Part shown: positions 25,180 to 39,649 of the stretch, in pieces | Position numbering within the stretch: the stretch's first letter is position 1 | Layout: every line of letters starts with the position of its first letter | Source: the human T2T-CHM13v2.0 reference genome, Homo sapiens | Strand: one strand, 5' to 3' | NCBI RefSeq assembly: GCF_009914755.1 | Contig: NC_060927.1 | Length of the DNA: 64,000 nt | The notes under the pieces: model-generated | Databases searched by the model: none | Seen by the model: only the letters and a program-made list of their open reading frames with translations | What the model was told of the DNA's origin: nothing | Made by a program: the position numbers and the translations under genes

Positions 25180-25678
25180 TGATGGAGTTCAGGACATGGC
25201 ATTTACAGTAGCAGGAAGGTCACTCTCACCTTCTCCTGTTCTCCCCTGCAGCTGGTCATAAAACATAGCTAGGATTTTCTGAACACCCCCTGGAGCAGGT
25301 CATAAGATACTCATTTGAGAGATGCCGTCCCTATCCCCTGAAGAAAGGAACATCCTTATCTCTGAAGACACAGGGACACAGAGAAGAATCTGAACAAAAG
25401 CCTTGCTGATTTTCTTCGTTTATTTCCATTAGCTCATATCTCCTTTGCCCAATCATATTTCTCCACCACTTTCCTCTCTTCATCAAACCTGGAGTAAAAA
25501 TATTCAAGTTTCACTGTTTGTTCAGTTCTTCATTTCCTTATAAAGACTCCTGTATCATGGAAAACTTACATGAAATAAATTTGTATGTTTTTCTTTTGCT
25601 AATCTGTCTTTTGTTGCAACAGAGGCCTTGGCGATGAATCCAGGGTGGGTGAGAAAAAGATATTTTTCCTCCCCTACA
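25180..25678 (+). mobile_element. ERV1-class solo LTR (MER34/MER39-like)
   Basis: TG...CA termini (tgatggagttcaggacat...ttttcctcccctaca), internal aataaa near 25574, 4-bp TSD atat at 25176-25179 and 25679-25682. Confidence 0.8.
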
Positions 25679-25874
25679 ATATGCTTATAAACATATGTAG
25701 CAGTAAACCTATTTCTAGGTAGGTAGCATCCTGTGAAAGCACCAATGAAATAATATAGAATTTGTTTTGATTTTGGCATTCAGTCATACCTAGAGAATAT
25801 CGTAAGTAGATGCAAAGGGATGACAACCAGTATCTACAATGAACTACGACCATCATCATAATAGCGGCGATTGA

Positions 25875-26085
25875 CATTTATTGAGTACTTATGCTAATTC
25901 TTGGTAGATATGATCTTATTTGATCCTCAGAGCAATTCTATGAAATAAATAGGATGAACAACTACATTCAACAGAAGAGGAAATTGACACTGGGTATTAA
26001 CCCAGGATCGTGCCTGCCAGGAAAGAGTGGAGCTAGAATGTGAACCCAGGCAGTCTGAGTCCACAGCTTACCCTCTCAACCACTA
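25875..26085 (-). mobile_element. MIR
   Basis: ttattgagtacttatg...acagaagaggaaattgac...gaacccaggcagtctgagtcca. Confidence 0.7.
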
Positions 26086-27241
26086 GTCTGTAGTGTTTAT
26101 TCCAGCTCGAGAGTGCATCTAGAGTGGTGACTATTTAAGTTTTTGAATAACAAAATGACAAAATCAGTTCTGTTTGTGGCAGGAAAAAAAAGTGACCCTG
26201 AAGAAATACATTTATTTGAAATATATATGACTATCTCCTTACCATAAATTAATTTCATTGTTTTCATTCTCATGACATGTCACTATGTATTTACAATTTA
26301 AAAAATCAGTTTTGCCACGTTACTAAATTTGGGACAATCATAAAATGTAATAGACAGTACTCTGAGAATAAGAAAAGTTTATTTCCTGGGGTGACTTTCA
26401 TAGTCACTAAACACAGAACAACTTGCACATTTCAATATTTCCTCCTGACAGTACAGATACTGTCTCTATTGTCACTATTACACTGACTCTAATATCAGTT
26501 TTCGTATATCATTTCTATAGTTGTATAAGAACATCTGCTCATATGATTTATCTGCAGCTTAGCACAATCAACTGCATACCTTTTTAGTTCAGGAGGATTA
26601 AAAGAAAACTCATTCTACCCAAAGAGAGCTGAGAAGTTAATGAATCTGTAGATCAGAACAAATTAAAACCTATTAATTATAAGGAGTCTGAAATGCCAAT
26701 ATATTATATTTTGAATACACAGCAACCAGGAATATCATGCAAAAACGCTGATATGCTGTGGAGCAAAGAAATGGAACAGATCCCAGAAACTCAGGACCTC
26801 GGCCTTTTGGTGGCGCTGTTGCTATGTGCTAGTGCCAGGAAAACAGTATTCATATATAATTAACTACCACGGAGCACAAGCAGCTTTGCTTTTCCATGAT
26901 CAAGCTGCTAGAGATTTTGGGGTGAGGGAGCGAAATGAAGGCTAAATAAAAGAACCGGAGATAAGATAATCCTGCCATGTTAAAAGGTAAAGATAATATT
27001 TTTATGTTGTTATGTAAAACCTATGAAAATGGCGATAATGTTGCAAGGTTAATCAAGACCATAAATAACTTGTCTGAGAACCTCACCATATGCCTGCAGT
27101 TTTATTAAGTGTATTTTGCCTCGTTATTCTCCGAATATTATGCTCTGCAACATGCCATGTTGATGGATGCATGCAATGAGCTTTTCTTTTCTTTTTTGTA
27201 AGCTAAAGAGACTTATGTGCTTGATATTAGGTATGGGAATT

Positions 27242-27370
27242 CTTTTTTTTTTTTTTAAGAGATGGGGTCTCATTGTGTTACCCACACTGGCCTTGAATTC
27301 CTGGGCTAAAATCCTCCTGCCTTAGCCTCCCAATTAGCTGGGAATACAGACCTGTGCCACCATGCCCCCG
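27242..27370 (-). mobile_element. FLAM / free Alu monomer
   Basis: Poly(T) followed by a single reversed Alu-like arm. Confidence 0.8.
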
Positions 27371-27714
27371 TTCAGGTTATGTTAATTATTAACCTGAAGG
27401 AATGACAGCTTTGGGGCATCTGCTCACAGGGTAGCTGCACAATAAACCTACTTTTCTTGAATCTACATTTGAGGAGAGACAGTGAAATGAAATATTGAAA
27501 TAATGAGATAATGAAGGAGTTTATTTGGAAGGATCTGAGGGAGTCAGTCTGTATGCTGATGGTTAAACTCACATCAAAACAAACACTACAGAATCTCTGC
27601 TTACTCTTTCAGGTCTCAGTCGTCATAAAAAGGGAAAATGTCCTAGAAATTCTGTTCTGATCACTCAAGTGGCCCTTTGAGGAGAATAACCTTGGGGAAA
27701 CAGCAGTTGACAGT

Positions 27715-27880
27715 CAGTGTGAGCTTACTCTGCTAAGCACCGGGCACATGCATTTCATGTACTCATTCGATTTGCATAATGCCAATATTAGGAAGGTTCT
27801 TTTATTATTTCCATTTCAAAGATGATCATGTCCATAAATGGCAGAGCTGGAATTTGAGCCCAGGTTGACTGATCTAGAGT
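27715..27880 (-). mobile_element. MIR fragment
   Basis: gagcttactctgctaagcac...aaatggcagagctggaatttgagcccagg. Confidence 0.55.
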
Positions 27881-28723
27881 TTATATTTGTTTGGGCATCC
27901 CATGAAGCAGTGTCCATTGATAGCTGTTCCTGTTCCTTAAAAAAAGAAAACACACACACACACACACAACATGGCTTTATGCTATTGTCAATCAAAATCC
28001 CTCACCAAGATAAAATTCACTTAAAATTCATTATAACTAACTCCTAGTGCCCTTCCAAAGGCTGCCGAGAGCCCAGTTTTTGAATAAATCTCACGAGGGC
28101 TACTCCTAACAGAAACTCTCCAAAATTGATTGATTGTAGCCTGGTTTCCACAGAAGTTGTAAAGTATTGTTTTAATTGAATTTGGTTCTAAGTTAGAAAC
28201 TTTGAAAAATTTGTCTGTCAAAGGCCAATGGATTTCTCAGTAGGCTTGATTTATTTAGCAAGAGATGCCTACAAAAGCCAATTTGCTATGAGGAATGTGG
28301 TTACATTTAATTACACTTTTAAATGACTAATTTGTTATATCTAAACACCTTTTAAACAGTACATATTACTCTGAACTGTACAGATGCTGAGGAATCAAAG
28401 TTTGTGTTAAACACAAAGGATTTTGCTAAAGACTCTTCATTTTACTCTGCGTAGGCTTTCTGGCTTCAGACTGCAATGTGTGTGAAGTCGTCAGGTAAAA
28501 ATGCTAAACTGAATGGGACCGGACTACATCTTTTTCTTCCTATTTGCAATCAGGCCCTGCTCAGAAGGAGATTTTCCTTTGGGTGTATATTTAATATCCA
28601 TTTATCAAATCTTGAATTGAAAATATTACATGCATCACTCAGGATTTATTTAAGCAAAGCAAAGCTGATGTTTATTTTGGAATCTTGACGAAAATTATTT
28701 TAGAGTAAAAAATGAATTTTTAA

Positions 28724-29051
28724 AAATTATACTTTAAGTTTTGGGATACATGGGCAGAATGTGTAGGTTTGTTACATAGGTACACATGTGTCATGGTGGT
28801 TTGCTGCACCCATCAACCCGTCATCTACATTAGGTATTTCTCCTAATGCTATCTATCCCTCCCCTAGCCCCCTACACTCCGACGGGCACTGCTGTGTGAT
28901 GTTTCCCTCCCTGTGTCCATGTGTTCTCACTGTTCAACTCTCACTTATGAGTGAGAATATGCAGTGTTTGGTTTTCTGTTCCTGTATTAGTTTGCTGAGA
29001 ATGATGGTTTCCGGCTTCATCCATGTCCCTGCAAAGGACCTAAACTCATCC
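28724..29051 (-). mobile_element. Short 3' fragment of an older L1PA (PA7/8-like) with diverged TSD
   Basis: Reverse-complement L1 3'UTR (attatactttaagtt...gcaaaggac). Flanks gtaaaaaatgaattttt and gtaaacaaggaattttt. Confidence 0.85.
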
Positions 29052-29384
29052 GTAAACAAGGAATTTTTAAAAATATTATTGATTGATTCATTCAAGTAAT
29101 GACTGACAACTAGCTGTGATGCCTTGTGCTAGCCTTTGTGCTCCAACACAGAAGGTATGAAAGAACACAGGCAGGGTTCTGCCTTCAAGGAATTCACAAC
29201 CAGGCCTGGGGATAGTGGTAACAGTGGTTGGCTAATGTCATAAGTGCTGTAATTGAGCCAGAAGATAACAGGGACCCAGAGAGGGAAGCGAATAATTCTG
29301 TTCAGGGTGGGATGAGGGTTGGGGAGAGTTTCATGAAGCAGTGACAAGTGAGTTGGGGCCTTCAGAAATAAGCAAAAGGAGGGA

Positions 29385-29680
29385 TAAACAGTCAGAGTAC
29401 AGAGAATTTTAGGGGCAGTGAAACTACTCTGTATGATACTATAATGGTAGATACATGTCACTATACCTTTGTCTAAATCCATAAAATGCACAACACCAAG
29501 AGTGAACCCTGATAATGTGACAATGATGTGTCAATGGAGGTTCATTAATTGTAACAAATTACCACTCTGGTGGGGGACACTGATAATAGGGTTCGTCTCA
29601 ATTTTGCTGTGAACCCAAAACGGCTCAAAACAATTATAAGTCTTTAATAAAAAATTAGCCAAAAACCAAAAAACCAAAAC
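29385..29680 (+). mobile_element. L1MC-type 3' end fragment within L2-like sequence
   Basis: ggcagtgaaactactctgtatgatactataatggtagatacatg...aacaccaagagtgaaccct. Confidence 0.65.
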
Positions 29681-30874
29681 AGAAATTAAAGAGCCATTTT
29701 CTAAATAGAGAAGGAGCTGCCAGACAGAGAAGAGATGAGCATGGCCTGATCTGAACACAGGGCATGGCTCACCAACTGACAGCCAAGTTGACAGTGTGGC
29801 AGGAGCAGAGTGGCTCACTTGTGTGTATGTTGGGTGGGGGGTGGGTAGCGAGACAAGCAAAACTCATTTCAAGTGCTACGCAAGCTGACAGAGAAACGAA
29901 GGCACTAAGAGGAGGTTATCTTGCTAAAGGAGAGACTCCCCACTGTCCCCTCCACCACAGACTTAATTTGGCTTCCTTTTGGAACTTGGAATTCCAGTCC
30001 CCTCTTGTCTGCATGGTAAACTTGAACTCATTCTTGAACTTTGGCTTAACTGTTGTCTTCTCTGTGAAAGCATCCCTGAAACCCACATGCGGAATCACTC
30101 CCTCTCACGTGTTCCCATAACTCGTTATTCTATCACTTGCCACCCTGAGTTACAGTGAGCCGTTTACCTGGGCTTCCCCACCAAAACTGTGAATACCTCA
30201 AGCTTGGATAAGGCTTTATCTGTATCCTCAGTAGCCAGCCTAGTTCACAGCACATGTGTGCCACTCAAAAACATATGTGTGGAATGAGTGAATGTGAGAC
30301 AGACAAGCAAGCTTGTGGTGAGAGTTATCAGGGAGATACTCCTGACTCTTGTGGCAGAGAAGGTGTATCCTTCACAACGAGGCCTGGAGAAGGGCTACAG
30401 TGACTTTAGAGCTAAGTCTTGAGGATAATCAGGTCCACGGTACAGGGATAATGTGCAGAGTGCATCTAGGGACTACAGAATGGAGTGAAAGGTGGGGTGC
30501 AGTGAGAGATGAGGCTGGAGAGAGGGCAAGTCTCAGATCATGGGGGCTCCTGTATGCCAAGGTAAAGAGGTGATGGGGAGTCACTGAAAGGCTTTACCTA
30601 ATGAAGAGATCAGATCAGATCAGATTTGGGCTTTAGGAAGATCACTAATGTGAATAATAATGATAATAATAATGACAGCTAAACTTCATTTATTAAGTAC
30701 TTATGTCTCAGATACAGTGCCAAGCATTTTATAAGGGTCACAGCTTGGATCTCAACCGTGGAAATTTGACGTCAGAGCTGAGGCTCCTAACCACCAGGTT
30801 ACAGTGCTTTGACTGGAGGCACAGAGATGTTAGGGGACTATTGAAGGAATTCAGATGAAAAATAAAGTGCATAA

Positions 30875-31226
30875 ACCATAAAAAAGAGTGAAATCATGTC
30901 CTTTGCAGCAACATGGATGCAGCTGGAGGCCATTATCCTAAGCAAATTAATGCAGGAACAGAAAACCAAATACTGCATGTTCTCACTTATAAGCAGGAGC
31001 TAAACATCAGGTACTCATGGAAATAAATATGTCAACAATAGAAACTGGGGACTGCTAAAGGAGAGAGGGAGGAAGGGGACAGGGATTGAAAAAGTAACTA
31101 TTGGGTACTATGCTCAATACCTGCATGAATGAATCATTTGTACCCCAGTCTTCAGTATCATGCAATGTACCCTGGTGACAAATGTGCACATGTACCTCCT
31201 CAATCTAAAATAAATACTGAAAAAAA
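30875..31226 (+). mobile_element. Old L1PA/L1PB 3' fragment with 11-bp TSD
   Basis: ORF2 end (atcatgtcctttgcagcaacatggatg), 3'UTR and A-tail. aaagtgcataa at 30864-30874 and 31227-31237. Confidence 0.85.
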
Positions 31227-31438
31227 AAAGTGCATAATCTGTCATGGGATTAAGGGGAAAAAAGAAAAAAGGAAAAGTGCCAAGGCTGTGGTATTAGGAA
31301 GGGTGGGTTAAGAGATAAAAAGGAGAGAGGATTCTTAGGATTTGGAGACCAGCTGGATGTGGGATAAAGAAGCGGGAGAAATGAAGATGCCTTCCAAATT
31401 CCTGGCTAAAGGATCAATATGGATGTTGACATTATTCA

Positions 31439-31749
<311 letters not shown>

Positions 31750-34096
31750 GGGATATTATTGTGATGAATAAAGTTATGAATTCTTTTATTTCTTCTTTTT
31801 CACTGTCCCTGTGCAACTTTTAAAGAGAAAGGCATGAGCTCTCAAAAAGACCACAATGATGCTTGCAAAATTGCTCTATCTAAACTCTATACAAGCAGCA
31901 AGACACAGAGTTCATTAAGGAATACAATTTTCCATTTGGCGGTAGTTCCAATGTTAGATAGACTGACTCTGATGCAATAATAAACATATCTTATGAATAC
32001 CAAAGGTAGGCTTTTCAATATTTTCTCTGTCTAAAAAATATCAGACCATTTTCAGTTTCTCATTTGGTCAAATAGAGGGGTTATTAAGTTCATTACCAAA
32101 GGCCTTATTTTTGGCTGTATACTTTTCGAGTGGAATAGATGTCATGCAGGAGACTTCAGTCCTTGCCAGAACAGGACAGCGATGAGAACACTGTATCCAG
32201 GGCAACCAAGAGTTCAGCCTTTTCAGTCCATAAATAATCATTCCTCAGCTTGCCCTTTGTAATGTTGGTCTCCAAGCTACTTCATGACAGAATCAGCTCG
32301 ATCAGGAGGCCACTGTTCTCTTTCTTACTTGCAGTTTAAATGACTGCTGCAGAGTATTTTATAAGAAAGGCAATGTTTCAATTCTACTGCAAATTGTACT
32401 GGTAAAAATCTGCAACTGACTCTTATGATCTTAGCTTGGCTACAAGAATACTCTAACCAGAGTAACCAGAAGTCAGATATTTTTCTGGGTGCGTGGATAC
32501 TTTTTGGCACCAAGGCTGCCAGAGGTGTTATGTATATTTGATAGTTGTGTTTAATGAAAGCACAACTGAGGCAAGAGAAACCTGAAGGTATGCAAGGTAG
32601 GGATAAAGAGCACTAATCCCCCCATCAAACCAACTGGAATTCTTCTCCATGAAGACTTGTGTAAGTTCTCCCCAGAGCACAGAAATCTCACCTTCCATGG
32701 GATATCCAGATATCCACTGGATAACACTCATTTGACAACTGAGTCACCACATCATGGTGGTCAGGAGCCCAGACTTAGGAGTCAGACCAAGTTAGATCTG
32801 ATTCACTTTACTCAAGAGCCTCCATTACTCAAGAGCTCTGCAACAGTGCTTACCACACAGAGTAGCCGTAAGGAGTAAACTAGATAACATGTAAGGCATT
32901 AGGTGCCAGGGCCTCTGAGATTTCCAAGATCTACAAAGATGTTGGAGACCTGGAAAAAACTGGCTTTAAAATATGAAAAGCAAGTCACAAAATTCATATG
33001 TATTTAATTAAATACTTAAAACCTAACTTATCCGCGTCAACTATACTTCAACTCAATCTTTATATAGTTATATATAAATGAGTAAAAGTTATTTTATATT
33101 TTCTTTAAAAATTGTATAGCAAAAACATATTTACTTTTGGATGAAAGTATATTTTAGTCTGTTTGCTATGATATTGAATGTAGCCTTATAAGTAAATGTT
33201 TCTCAGGCCTGTGGAGGTCTTAAAATGGCTCTAGGTACTTAAAGAAATGGTAGCTCTAATTATCATTATTATACCAATGATTTTATTATTCTGCCTTATG
33301 ACATTTCTTGTGCTGTACTGAACTGTTCGACTGTTGTTTACGCTCTGTCTTTCCAATTAAGTTGTAAGGTCCTTGAGGACAGTATTGTAGAGAATGGACT
33401 GAGTTTAAAAACTGGGCTCTGCTCTGGGCTCCACCACTGACCAGGTGTGGAAGCTTGGACCCAGGCTTTAGTTTCTTCACCTGAAAAACAGGAAGACTAA
33501 GACCTGTTCCAACTCCTCTGCTGGGCCATAGTGAGGGCAATGGGCCATACTGAAGTGCTTTAACTATGGAAACACATGGGAATATAAGCTTCTGAAGCAT
33601 CCACAGTGCCTATCGTAGCCCATCAGACACAGGGAGCAATCAGTGAACATCTGGTGACTTCTACAGAAGGTTCTTTTCTGTCTTCATATCCAAGCAATAC
33701 TTGTGTATCTATAGTCTTTTCCTCTGTGTTCATTCATTTCATAAATACTTATTTAACAAATATTGAGCCTCTTGTATGTGCCACAGGGCTTGTACTAGGG
33801 GATACAATGGGACACCCAGTGTCTACAGTAAAATTGTTCTTTTTGTTCTTTCAATGTGTGATTTGATATATCATCATATATACATTTTCTGAAGGTAAAT
33901 AAGACAATTTAAGAAAAGACTGTCATCTTCTAATTTCTGTCCTTTCTCAAACACTATTTCAGAATGGACTCTGATTATTTCTCATAGGGAGAGTTCTCAT
34001 TTTGGTCCTGGCTTTTCCAGGCAAAGCTGGGATTTGTTAGAAAAAAGCTTGCTCCTTGTTAAGCAATGAGAGGAAGCTGCAAAGCCAGGGACTCAC

Positions 34097-34300
34097 GGGT
34101 GGCAGGCAGGAGTTCCAGGTGGTTGTGTCGTCACTGCTGGTACTTATGCTGACATTACAGTTGTCCACCTGGGAGGCACTCAGGCCATGGGAGGTCCCAG
34201 CATCCTCCAGTTCTTCATTTTGTTGCCACCGTAGGCTTGCTAGCATCTGTAACTCGGATTCACTCATCTGGCTTGGCTGATAGTTTCGCCAGTCATATTC
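34097..34300 (-). CDS. CFAP20DC: Internal coding exon of CFAP20DC, 204 nt, phase 0/0 ([27 protein letters not shown]...[10 protein letters not shown])
   Basis: Acceptor tttcctctctcttggtcag|GAA and donor CCACCC|gtgagt. 68 codons, overlapping track ORF 34037..34267. Recalled CFAP20DC C-terminal peptide. Confidence 0.92.
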
Positions 34301-34339
34301 CTGACCAAGAGAGAGGAAAATAACAAAGGGTCATTTGGC

Positions 34340-34860
34340 CTAATTCTACGGCTACTAACAAATGCCACAGCCTTAACCCCTACAGCAGCTCCCCCAACTG
34401 ACAGAGGCCCAAATCCCTAACATGCCTCCATGCGCTACCTGCCCCATCCATTATACCACCTCCTGTCCATTTGCTCCTCACATGCCAGCCACTTTGTCCT
34501 TCATTAAGGTCCTCAAAAGCATCAGTCCTCTCTTAGTCCTGTGCACATGCAAGTCCCCTCTGCCTCGTGTTCTGGGTAATGCTTAGGCTCCCTTCAGGTC
34601 CTCAGTTATGATGACTTCCTCAGGGAAGCCTTTCCTGACAACCATAAACTGGGTCAGCTCCTTTATGATGCCCTCTCAGAATCTTAAAATTTTCACTTTT
34701 AGCATTGATCACAGTTGCACTGATGGAATTGTTTCTGGAGTTGGCAGGTTTGCTGGGAGCTCTACAACGGCAAGCACCATGACTGTTTTGCTCTCACTGC
34801 CTTTCCTAGGTCTGGTGCCTAGTAGGTGCCCAACCAGTTTTTGTAGATTAAGTAAATAAA
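34340..34860 (+). mobile_element. L2 fragment
   Basis: cttcctcagggaagcctttcctgac...tggtgcctagtaggtgcccaac, an L2 3' end pattern. Confidence 0.55.
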
Positions 34861-35859
34861 CAAAAACTCAAAGTAGTTTTTTTTTTAAATTTGCCATTTA
34901 AAAAAGCACAGCTTATGAGTGAATTGATGAATTTCATCATTGTAAACATAATGACCAAATATATTCAACTTGCAGTAAGATTGAGAATGACTAGTATTGG
35001 TAAAAGCCATCAAGTAAAATTTGAATGTAAGATGGGAACCTGTCAGTTCTGAAAGCCTGGAAGATCTCATAGCTCCAACCAAGGTGGATTTACTGTATAT
35101 GTCATCTGTCAGGTACTTTTTGAAAAAGAATACTACTACAGATCTTTAGATGCTAGTATAAATATTATTTCATGGTATAGGTGGAAATTGGCATGTAGAC
35201 TTTTCAAAATTTTCCCTTTCTTTCTCTCTGGCCTAAACTAGATTTGATAACAAACATTAATTTCAACATTACTAAAATATTAGAATCACATATGAGCAGT
35301 GTGATTTACACGCAGAACTGCCATATAACTTAAAAGCAATTTGAAAATTTTCTTGTACATCTGGAAACACTGGTTGTACTAATAAGGATTTTTTTCCAAG
35401 ACACCTTAGAATTTTTTAGATGTTTATATCTCTACATACACTTTCTTGGAGGACTCTCTGGCTTCTTTTCTGCCTCATAGGAGTGTAAAAAATTTAAAAA
35501 TACATAATTTTGAAAAAAATTCTTGGAGTTCCTATGACATTAAATGCTTTATAATAAAACATTATTATCTTCATAATTTGGGGTTTATAAAAGCTTGTTA
35601 TCTGATAATGTGATGTGGAGACTTCCTAAAAAGTTGCCAGTGGAAACTCAGTTAAATCCTTATAGTTCATGGCACAAGCAGCTTGGCACTGTGAGAGGCC
35701 AGGCAATCTTTAATAAGGTATTTCATGAGCATTTAATATGCTTTCAGAGTTCTTGGGCCAAAATACGTATCACAAGAAGAAGAATAAAATGTATATCCCA
35801 ATGAAAAATGCAAAAATAAAAAAGGAAACAGAAATAATTTAAATTCAAAAGAAGTAGTT

Positions 35860-36632
35860 GAGGGGACAATAAACACATACAAAGATGTTCAACATCCTTG
35901 TCATTAGAGAAATACAAATCAAAACCACAATGAGATACCTTCACACCCATTAGGATGGTTACAATAAAAAAGAGACAATAACACGTATTGGCAAGGATGT
36001 GGAGAAACTGAAACCCTCATACAGTGTTGGCAGAAAAGTAGAATGTTGCAGCCACTTTGGAAAACAGTTTGGCAGTTCCTCAAAATGTTAAACATCTGAG
36101 TTACCATGTGACCCAGCAATTCACTCCTAAGCATATACCAAGAAAACTGAAAACATATGTTCACACAAAACTTGCACACAAATGTTCAAAGAAGCATTAT
36201 CCATAATAGCCAAAAAGTGAAAACAACCAAGTGTCTATCAACTGATGGATGAGTTTTTGTTTATCCACATAATGGAATATTACTCAGCCTAAAGAGTAAT
36301 GAAGGGCTGGATGAACTTTGAAAATATTATGCTATCTGAAAGAAGCCAGGCACAAAAGGCCACATATTGTGTGATTTACTTTATATGAAATGTCCAGAAT
36401 AGGCAAATTCACAGAGACAGAAAATAGATTAGCGGATGGTGGGGCTGGAGGAAAGGGAAACGGGAAGTGACTACTAGTGGGTGCATGTTTTCCTTTTGGA
36501 GTGATTAAAATGTTCTGAAATTAGGTCAAAATGATGGTTACAGAATCTTGTGAATATACTAAGAACTCCCGAATTCCTTACTTTAAAAGAGTGAATTTTA
36601 TGGCATACAAATTATATTTCAATTTAAAAAAA
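35860..36632 (+). mobile_element. L1MB-type 3' fragment
   Basis: Degenerate ORF2 C-terminus (aaatcaaaaccacaatgagatac) and L1MB-like 3'UTR ending atttcaatttaaaaaaa. Confidence 0.8.
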
Positions 36633-36969
36633 GGAGTTTGGTAATCAGATGTGCACATGAGAATACCAGCTGCTTGACTTTAGCTGCAGCAGTGAGCAAG
36701 TGACTTGCTGTTCTTCAGTTTTTCGGTCAAGAAGTGGGATTAAGCGTTCTAATGTGTCACATAGGTATGTTAGTTGGCTCATCATTGCCAATACACACTT
36801 TTACAATGAAAAACACATTTTATTTTAATTTTCATAATTTTTCTTAAGAAGAAAGCTTTAATATGTACTTCATATGATTGAGTCATTCATTCAATTTACT
36901 TATTTAATCCACAAGGCTGTAGTGTGCCTGAAGAACAACACTGGGTTCTAGGAGAGAAGAATAAGAGAG

Positions 36970-37170
36970 GATGTGGCAGTGGTTAAGCCAGAAAAATCTA
37001 AGCCTGGGCCTTCGTTCCACCACTTACCAGCTTTAAATGACTAGGAAAATTACCTAACCTCTCTATGCATCAACTTCTTCATCATGGGGACCACAGTACA
37101 TACCTCACAGGATTTTTGGTGAACTAAATGAAATAATATTACATTGAATGCTTAGTAGAGGCACCTGACA
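36970..37170 (+). mobile_element. MIR
   Basis: gcagtggttaag...aattacctaacctctctatgcatcaacttcttcatc...tacctcacaggatt. Confidence 0.65.
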
Positions 37171-39649
37171 AACAAATATACTAGGGGGGTCTCCAAATGC
37201 GTGATTTGTACCTTTAATGGAAAATTTTTGAATGTGTACTTTGTAATATATGTTTATTTATGAACTAAATATATGCACAAACATTTTAAAATAGTATGTA
37301 GAGTACAAAACATACATAAAAAATTGGAATTAAAGTGCTTAGGATTAAAAAAACAAACTTGTTTTCAATTTTTCTTCCTGAATCTGAATGGGTTGTCTTT
37401 GGTACACACTTTCAGGGATGAGCACAGCCCTCTTAAGAGACTGCTGAGTTGGCAGTCAATACATATATCCCTGTTCTTATTATTTTTTCCTCTCATCTTC
37501 TCTGTCCCCCTTCTTCCAGTCTTTCATCCATTCTGTAAATGCTAGGAACTGGGAGCACAAAGAAAACAAGACATACTTCTGTCGTCATGGAGTTCACAGT
37601 CTACAAAGGGAGACCTGAGAGGTATTATATAACTGGAATTCTAATGTACTGTGAGAAATATGACAACAGAAGTATGAATAAGATGCCTGAGGAATGCAGC
37701 ACAGATGTGACTAACCGCCCAGTGGAATTAGAAAAAACCTCACAGAAGTCTAAGGTGGCATTTGAGAGTAATTAAATTTGTTGACAAATGGAGTTAGTGG
37801 CCTTCAGAGGGACTCCCACCACTGGCAGGCAGTATTGAAGCTGAGGCTGAAGGAATATGTGGCTGCGATATTCCCTGTATTCCACTGCAGTAATAGAAAT
37901 AGATTGATTCGTTAATTTATTCTGTAGAAACTTACTGAGACCCTATTATGTGCCAGGCACTGCTGATGCTATATTTGCTTAAAATGCTGCATTTCCATGA
38001 CTTTATTTCATACAACAGTAAAATGTATTCTGACAACACCCTGGAAGGGGCAGCCAAAATCCAGCAGAGAGAAGAAAGCAACTTTCTCCAGCATCACTAA
38101 TAGAGCAACTGGTGATGGAGTCAGGTAATTAACTTAGTCCTGCGAAATGTTTTTGATTTGCAATCTCCCAAATCATTTCAAAATCACCAGAAAGGCTAAA
38201 TCATTTATTTGTTATTTTTAAGAAGCTTTGCAATAAAGTCTTTGCATTAAAGTGGACTCCAGCACAAGATGTCATCTAACTAAATTACACTACTGCTGAG
38301 AGGCAAAGTGGCTTATGTAATACTATCTCTGAAAGGCTCAAAATGTTATGTATAATTCAATTTCATCTCAAAATATCCTTGTAGGAAAGAGGGGAGACAT
38401 TATCAATCAGATTTGTCCTAGGAACGAGGCAATGGGCTGAAGGCTATGTACAATTCAGCTGTGCTCAGATTCGCAGGCCAGTCCTTCTCTCTCCAAGCCA
38501 TTCAATCCATTCATTTTCACTGATCTTTCTCCAGACATTATTGGGAGCCTACACCAGTGAAGTTACAAAGACAATTAAGATATGGCCTTGCTTTCATAAA
38601 CCTTACATCTATCAGGGCAATTGAGAGCTATAAAGAAGGAACTCTAAAATAGGATAGTATATGTTGAGGTATAGTATTAATGATCACACAGGTCCTTGAT
38701 AATGATTAAAAGGAAAACTGATAACTCCAGCAAAAACATAAAACACAACAAACAGAAACAACCTTTCAACTTGATGTCCTTCGCCCAATCTATTCCTTAA
38801 GCTGCTAGGACAGAATAGTTTAATCAATCAAACATCTGATGATAGAACTTTTTGAGCCTCAGATAGGAACCAGTTCTGCTAAACATTGGGTGACACAAGG
38901 CTAAATCTACAGTGGAGGTGTGGAGAAAAATGAGACATGGCCATGGGATAAGATCAGACCAAGAATCTCATTCTGTTCTTCATGGGCTGAAGGGGGATAG
39001 AATTGAGAGAAAACTGGGATGTTACTTTTGTTCTGGAGCCTACAAAATCTGTGAGACTCTCTTGTCAGTATCAGGCTTGCATTGTGACAGTGCCTGATAG
39101 TCATGGCCCAGGAGACATCATGTTGCAAAAACTTTCAATACAAGGACTATCGAACAATCTCCACCTCTGTATTTAAAAAAAAAATTATTCCCAGTGTAAC
39201 TTTTTAAAAAAGCACTATTACAAAGGAAATGGTGGCTGTTGGGATATAATATTAAAAACAACATAAGAGAAGGGAGATATACAAAATGGTTTGGCATTTC
39301 AGAAAAGAGAAAGGTCGTTTTGTGGAGGATCAGTTAAAGCTTCATAAAGGATGGAGGAGACGGTCCCTAAGAAGGGGCTTGAAGGAGAAGGAGGGTAATA
39401 TGGCAGCACGTTCCAGCCATCAGGCAGAAAAGCATGGGGCAACCTGGAAGTAGGGAGCTTGTGTTCATATCAAATAATTAAATAGACTATCAAGTAATAC
39501 TTATACATTACTGTTTCAGCAATGAAGCCAGTAATACCGTTCCAAAGCATCAAGGATAAGAATGCCTGTAATTTACTCTAAACCTTAAGAGACCAGATGG
39601 CTTCCCTTTCCCTGCCCAAGTTTTATTAAAAGTCTAAGATTCTACCAAA

